NCBI GenBank assembly: GCA_963773005.1
Contig: CAVYZR010000006.1
Coordinates: forward strand, 588,805-652,804
Direction: 5' to 3'
DNA: 64,000 bases
From: an uncultured Acidobacteriota bacterium
Lineage (GTDB): Bacteria; Acidobacteriota; Vicinamibacteria; Vicinamibacterales; 2-12-FULL-66-21
Below the pieces are notes generated by a model, which did no database searches, had not been told where the DNA came from, and worked only from the letters and a program-made list of their open reading frames with translations. Position numbers and translations under genes: made by a program. Below, one piece after another: positions 59,491 to 64,000 of this stretch. Each line of letters opens with the position of its first letter. Position 1 is the stretch's first letter.

Positions 59491-59817
59491 CTACACGCTG
59501 AACGAGGTCCCGCACCCGCACGTGCCTTTGGCGTTCGGGTTGTCGAAGGTGAAACCCTTACTGACGAGGCTCGTGTCGTAGTCGAGTGTCGTTCCGTCGA
59601 TGAACTTGTAACTCTTGCGGTCTACGAACACCCTGGAACCCTCAGGCCCGTCGAAGACGTGATCGCCATCCTTCGGCGCGGGCTCCCAGGCAAACACGTA
59701 GCTCAGCCCAGAACAGCCGCCGGCCTTGATGCCGATCCGCAGGCCGCCGCCTGGAAATCCGTTTTTCTGCGTCATTTTGCGGATGAGCTTGCCCGCGTTG
59801 TCGCTGATTTGGAACAT
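59491..59817 (-). CDS. HesB/IscA-family Fe-S cluster insertion protein (SufA/ErpA-like)
   Basis: GLRIGIKAGGCSGLSY...F.NPNAKGTCGCGTSF C-terminal motif. Confidence 0.9.
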   Translation of the reverse strand: MFQISDNAGKLIRKMTQKNGFPGGGLRIGIKAGGCSGLSYVFAWEPAPKDGDHVFDGPEGSRVFVDRKSYKFIDGTTLDYDTSLVSKGFTFDNPNAKGTCGCGTSFSV

Positions 59818-59883
59818 GGCCCGGACTCTTGGGGCTCCCTGGACCCCTGCGCCGGCCTTAAAGCCGACCAGAACAGTCCTAGT

Positions 59884-61051
59884 TTAGTATTTCGGTTGTG
59901 AAGGGTCAACTTGATCGATCCAGGCGAGGATACCGCCGGTCAGGTTCCGGGCGCGGGCGAATCCCGCGCGCCTGAGGAATGCGGTCGCGCTCGCGCTGCG
60001 CCCTCCGACCTTGCACTGCAGGACGATCTCCTTCGACGCATCGAGCTCTGCGAGCCGTGACGGCAGCTGGTGCAAAGGGATGAGCACGGCGCCGGGAATC
60101 CGGCAGATTTCGAATTCCACCGGCTCCCGAACGTCGACGATCAACGGCGCGTCGCCGCGGTCGATCCGGGCCTTGAGCTCCGTCACGGTCATGTCGCCCT
60201 CTGTCGTTCCACTCGCCACCATGGGTGTCCTCTGGGTCTGGGGCTGCGCACAACGCGACGCATCGTCATAGGTGCGCAGCTCGCGGATCGTTGGATGGCT
60301 GCCACAGACCGGGCAGTCCGGATCCTTCGGCAGCCTGATGACACGAAACTGCATCCGCAGCGCGTCATACAAGAGAAAACGGCCCACCAGCGGTTCGCCG
60401 ATCCCGAGGATCAACTTCACCGCTTCGGTCGCCTGGATGGTGCCGATGATGCCCGGCAGGACGCCGAGTACCTCCGCCCTCGGCACAGCTCGGTATGAGG
60501 CCAGGCGGCGGTGGCTCGGGATGAAGGCACCGGTAGCAGGGACCGTCCGGCATCGCAAACACCGACGCCTGGCCTTCAAATCGCGAGATGCTGCCGTACG
60601 CATTGGGACGGCCGGCAAGCACGCAGGCGTCGTTGACGAGATAGCGTGTGGGAAAGTTGTCGGTCCCGTCGACGATGACGTCGTACGCGGTCACGAGCTC
60701 GAGCGCGTTCCCGGCCGAGAACCTCACTTCGTGCGACTCGAGGCGAACGTGCGGGTTGATGTCGCGCAATCGATCGGCCGCAGAGGCGAGCTTCGGTCGA
60801 CCGACATCCGATGTGCCATGGACGATCTGCCGCTGAAGATTACTGAGGTCGACGGCATCCTCGTCGACGAGCCCGATCGTCCCGACCCCGGCCGCAGCGA
60901 GGTACATCATCGCGGGCGATCCGAGCCCGCCGGCGCCGATGCAAAGGACCCGCGCAGCCTTCAGCCGGCGCTGCCCGTCGAGGCCGATGTCAGGCAGCGT
61001 GAGATGCCGGCTGTAACGCACCAGCTCGTCGCGAGTCAGTTCCACGGTCAC
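59884..61051 (-). pseudogene. MoeZ/MoeB-type adenylyltransferase-sulfurtransferase (ThiF + rhodanese) with single-base frameshift
   Basis: GTG at 61051. RYSRHLTLPDIG..LCIGAGGLGSP...CYRCLHPEPPPPGLIPSCAEGG, then an extra base near 60471-60476. The other frame continues VLGVLPGIIGTIQATEAVKLILG...CPVCG...rhodanese (VLQCKVGGRS) to the stop at 59884. Confidence 0.8.
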
Positions 61052-61108
61052 GTTCCGATCATATGATCTCGCTGGCTCTTTCACGCTCCTTCGCCTAAAC
61101 TTCGTGTC

Positions 61109-62443
61109 GTGACCCTCGTCGTTGTCACACTGATAGCCGCGGGCCTGCTCCTCGCGACCAGCGTCTGGTTCGTCATGCGCGCGCAGGCCGACCGTGAAGT
61201 TGCCGTCGTTCGCTCGCAACTCGGCGCCGAGCTTGCCGCGACACGCGCGCGGCTCGAGGCCGAGCTGGCCGCCGAGCGCCGCAGTGCCTCAGACAAGCTG
61301 ACTCTTCTGAAGAATGCGGAGGAAAAGCTCCGCGAAGCGTTCGCGGCGCTGTCCTCCGACGCGCTCCGCCAGAACAATCAGTCGTTTCTCGATCTCGCAA
61401 AGACCTCGCTGGCGGAATTCCAGAACACGGCCCGGATGGATCTCGACGGCCGTCAGAAAGCCATCGAAGATCTCGTGCAGCCGCTCAAGGAGTCGCTCAC
61501 CAAAGTCGACGGCAAGCTTCAGGAAGTCGAAAAGAACCGCGTCGGGACCGCGTCCGCGCTGACCGAGCAGCTTCGATCGCTCCATCAGGCGCAGCATTCC
61601 CTTCAGGTGGAAACGGGGCGGCTCGTGCAAGCGCTGCGCTCTCCGAACGTCCGCGGCCAGTGGGGTGAGCTCCAGCTTCGCCGCGTCGTCGAAGCGGCCG
61701 GCATGCTGGAGTACTGCGACTTCGATTTGAAGGAATCCGTGGACGCGGACGGCACACGATTGACGCCCGACATGATCGTGCGCCTACCCGGCAGCAGAAA
61801 TGTCGTCGTCGACGCGAAAGTGCCCTCGTCGGCCTACCTCGACGCGATGGAAAGCGACGATGAGGCCGTGCGGAACGGCAAGCTGCGCGATCACGCGCGG
61901 CAGGTGCGCGACCACGTCGTTCGCCTCGGGAACAAGACCTACTGGCAGCACTTTCAGCCGGCGCCGGATCTCGTGATCATGTTCGTGCCTGGTGAAACGC
62001 TGCTGAGTGTCGCATTGCAGCGGGACCCGTCGCTCCTCGAGTTCAGCCTAGGGCGCGGCGTGATGCTCGCGAGCCCGCTGACGCTGATGGCGCTCCTCCG
62101 CGCGGTCGCGTTCGGCTGGCAGCAGGAGAAGGTCGCGCGCAACGCGCACGAGATCAGCGACCTCGGACGTCAGCTCTACGATCGCATTCGGGTCATGGCC
62201 GAACACTTCGAAGAAGTCGCGCGAGGGCTGACGCGGTCGGTCGAGGCGTACAACCGGGCGGTCGGTTCGCTCGAGAGCCGCGTGCTCGTGACGGCGCGGC
62301 GGTTGAAGGAAAAGGGCATTTCCGCGCCAGAGGAGCTACCCGAGCTCGAAGTCATCGATCACACGGCGCGGTCCCTCGGCGCGCCTGAGCTCGTCGGCTT
62401 GTTCGACGACGAGCCCGTCGATGGGGTTGTCGTTAAAGACTGA
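61109..62443 (+). CDS. rmuC: DNA recombination protein RmuC
   Basis: N-terminal TM segment, long coiled coil, then NVRGQWGELQLRRVVE...VVVDAKVP...MFVPGE. Confidence 0.9.
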   Translation: MTLVVVTLIAAGLLLATSVWFVMRAQADREVAVVRSQLGAELAATRARLEAELAAERRSASDKLTLLKNAEEKLREAFAALSSDALRQNNQSFLDLAKTSLAEFQNTARMDLDGRQKAIEDLVQPLKESLTKVDGKLQEVEKNRVGTASALTEQLRSLHQAQHSLQVETGRLVQALRSPNVRGQWGELQLRRVVEAAGMLEYCDFDLKESVDADGTRLTPDMIVRLPGSRNVVVDAKVPSSAYLDAMESDDEAVRNGKLRDHARQVRDHVVRLGNKTYWQHFQPAPDLVIMFVPGETLLSVALQRDPSLLEFSLGRGVMLASPLTLMALLRAVAFGWQQEKVARNAHEISDLGRQLYDRIRVMAEHFEEVARGLTRSVEAYNRAVGSLESRVLVTARRLKEKGISAPEELPELEVIDHTARSLGAPELVGLFDDEPVDGVVVKD

Positions 62444-62446
62444 GAC

Positions 62447-62535
62447 GGCTCAGGGCTTAGGGCTCAAGGCTCAGGCAAAAACCTTCGACCATTTACTCGA
62501 CGATCTTGCTAGCCTTGAGCCCTGAGCCCTGAGCC
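62447..62535. repeat. GGCTCAG heptamer-armed hairpin (homolog of 51725-51842)
   Basis: GGCTCAGGGCTTAGGGCTCAAGGCTCAGG. Loop CAAAAACCTTCGACCATTTACTCGACGATCTTGC. Right arm TAGCCTTGAGCCCTGAGCCCTGAGCC. It fills a convergent spacer from stop to stop. Confidence 0.9.
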
Positions 62536-63245
62536 TACTTAATAGCAGCCGTCATCGTGACCGTCACCTTGATCTCGAGCTCCCCGGGAGACATGGGCGG
62601 TTCGGCGTTCATCGCCATTTCGGCGCGCATGGTCGCCATCGGGCGGGGCGGCGGCATCGACTGGTCACGGTGCACTTCGATCCGCACGACGCGCTCGACC
62701 TTCATCCCGGCGGCTTGAGCCGCGGTGTCGGCCTGCGACCTCGCGTCTGCTACGGCGCGCTGGAGCGCGCTCTGTTCGGCAGTCGCGCGATCTTTCAGGT
62801 CGAATCGGATGCCGCTGACCGATGTCGCGCCGGCGCCTACTGACACGTCGAGGACTTCACCGAGCTTGGGCAGATCGTCGACACGTACCTCGACGGCATT
62901 CCGCGCGACGTAGCCGCGCAATGTCTGCCGATTGTTGGCGTAATCGAACTCGGGCCGTAGCTCGTACGCGGCGGTGCGAATCGCTTCTGCTGGCAGGCCC
63001 ATGCCCTTCAGCTTCTGCATCACGGCCGACATCGCGTCCGCGTTGAGCTTCTGGACTTCGGCCGGCGTTTTCGCTCGGGACTCGGCGGCGATCGTCACCC
63101 ACGCGCGATCCGGCGCGCGCTTGACGATGCCCTCGCCGGCGGTAACGACGACCGGCGCTTCGGTGCTACTCGAAGTGCCTGGTGTCTGGGCAAATGCCTG
63201 CGGTCCTAGCGAGAGGGTCAGCACGACAATTGCGAGCGGCTTCAT
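62535..63245 (-). CDS. SIMPL/DUF541 domain periplasmic protein
   Basis: Signal peptide. ITVTGEG-like VVVTAGEGIVKRAPDRAWVTIAAE...GYVARNAVEVRVDDL, typical of SIMPL proteins. Confidence 0.8.
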   Translation of the reverse strand: MKPLAIVVLTLSLGPQAFAQTPGTSSSTEAPVVVTAGEGIVKRAPDRAWVTIAAESRAKTPAEVQKLNADAMSAVMQKLKGMGLPAEAIRTAAYELRPEFDYANNRQTLRGYVARNAVEVRVDDLPKLGEVLDVSVGAGATSVSGIRFDLKDRATAEQSALQRAVADARSQADTAAQAAGMKVERVVRIEVHRDQSMPPPRPMATMRAEMAMNAEPPMSPGELEIKVTVTMTAAIK

Positions 63246-63354
63246 TGGTGTCTCCTTGTAGCCTGCCGAGCGGCGGTGTCAGCGAGCCGCGCGTGTCTTT
63301 GTCGAAGTCTCCGACAGCTTCGTGATCGATCGATCCACGATAGACTGCCGCCTG

Positions 63355-64000
63355 ATGCACGTCGACCTCGGCCTCGTCGGATTCGGCAACGTTGGCCGCC
63401 GGTTCGCCCGGCTCCTGGATGAGCGACGCGATCTCCTCGAGCGCTACTTCGATCTTACCTGTCGCATCACCGGCATCGCAACGCAGCGCCATGGATCGGT
63501 CTACGACCAGGCGGGACTGGATGCGCCGGCCGCCGCGCTCGTCGTCGAGGCGGGCGGCACGTTGTCTGACGCGGGGCGCTCAGCGCAACAGGGCCGCATC
63601 TCCAACAGCCGCGATGTGATCACTCGACTCGCGCAGAGCGCGGCACCCCTTCGCGTGTTAATCGAGACGACGACGCTCGACATCGCCGCGGCCCAGCCGG
63701 CGCTGGATCACGTCCGGATCGCGCTCGATGCCGGTTGTCACGTCGTCACGGCCAACAAGGGCCCGGTCGCGTTCGCGTATCGCGAGCTGTCGCTGCTCGC
63801 GGCGCAGCGTGAGAGGCTGTTCCTCTTCGAGGGCGCCGTGATGGACGGCGTGCCCGTGTTCAACCTCGTGCGTGAGACGCTGCCGGCGGTCAGGATCGAA
63901 GGATTTCGCGGTGTCGTGAACAGCACGACAAATCACATCTTGACGGCGCTCGAGGATGGTCACGACTACGCGCCGGCGCTGGCCGAGATGCAGGCGCAGG
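63355..64000 (+). CDS. hom: homoserine dehydrogenase, 3' end outside window
   Basis: My own translation: ATG 63355, MHVDLGLVGFGNVGRRFARLL (GxGxxG)...VVTANKGPVA...LFLFEGAVMDGVPVF...NSTTNHIL. Open to the window end, so absent from the supplied ORF track. Confidence 0.85.
   Translation, partial: MHVDLGLVGFGNVGRRFARLLDERRDLLERYFDLTCRITGIATQRHGSVYDQAGLDAPAAALVVEAGGTLSDAGRSAQQGRISNSRDVITRLAQSAAPLRVLIETTTLDIAAAQPALDHVRIALDAGCHVVTANKGPVAFAYRELSLLAAQRERLFLFEGAVMDGVPVFNLVRETLPAVRIEGFRGVVNSTTNHILTALEDGHDYAPALAEMQAQ

Noticed and set aside
63166-63492. 108-aa minus-strand ORF in the 63.2-63.5 kb region.
   Set aside because: It overlaps the plus-strand homoserine dehydrogenase N-terminus (GxGxxG motif from ATG 63355), which has strong family similarity. 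The minus-strand ORF has none.

Overview
High-GC bacterial chromosomal segment. The gene content (CarboxypepD_reg-type TonB-dependent receptors, futalosine-pathway menaquinone genes, DUF305/LVIVD secreted proteins) suggests an Acidobacteriota-like organism; this is inference, no search was run. I can support about 60 protein-coding genes, tRNA-Ser(CGA), tRNA-Arg(ACG) and a cobalamin riboswitch. Main blocks, in order: a DUF305-LVIVD fusion gene; a TonB receptor/DUF4331/DUF4198 cluster; tadA; a PAS histidine kinase with a NarL-type regulator; a second, split DUF305 + LVIVD pair; an MscS channel; an arylsulfatase; moaB-moeA; sod; nadA; an mqn gene; a riboswitch-led btuB-ABC operon; an RND efflux trio; vapBC; tag; a sufA-B-C-D-S-U-T cluster with an Rrf2 regulator; rmuC; and the start of hom. 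All family names are recalled from sequence motifs, not from database hits. The most unusual content is non-genic. (1) At a dozen or more loci the whole spacer between two genes is a hairpin whose arms are tandem 7-nt words (CAGCTKC, GTCGGNN, GGCTCAG, GGTTCAR and others). One related element sits in frame inside an ABC ATPase gene. (2) A ~118-nt GC-rich element occurs in 5-6 copies, two of them sharing a 78-nt identical run. One copy is nested in a heptamer hairpin. Other points worth a second look: the DUF305/LVIVD pair appears once split and once fused. The fused copy lies in a 3.1-kb interval bounded by a 27-nt direct repeat of the tRNA-Ser 3' end. A Dph6-like PP-loop ATPase is translationally coupled to the B12-uptake operon. 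The density of broken genes is high (iscS, moeZ, a sigma-54 activator, DUF4198, an OMP-like gene, SulP and DUF1254 remnants), which could be genuine decay or assembly indels. No CRISPR array, cas gene, integrase, transposase or recognisable defence system was seen.
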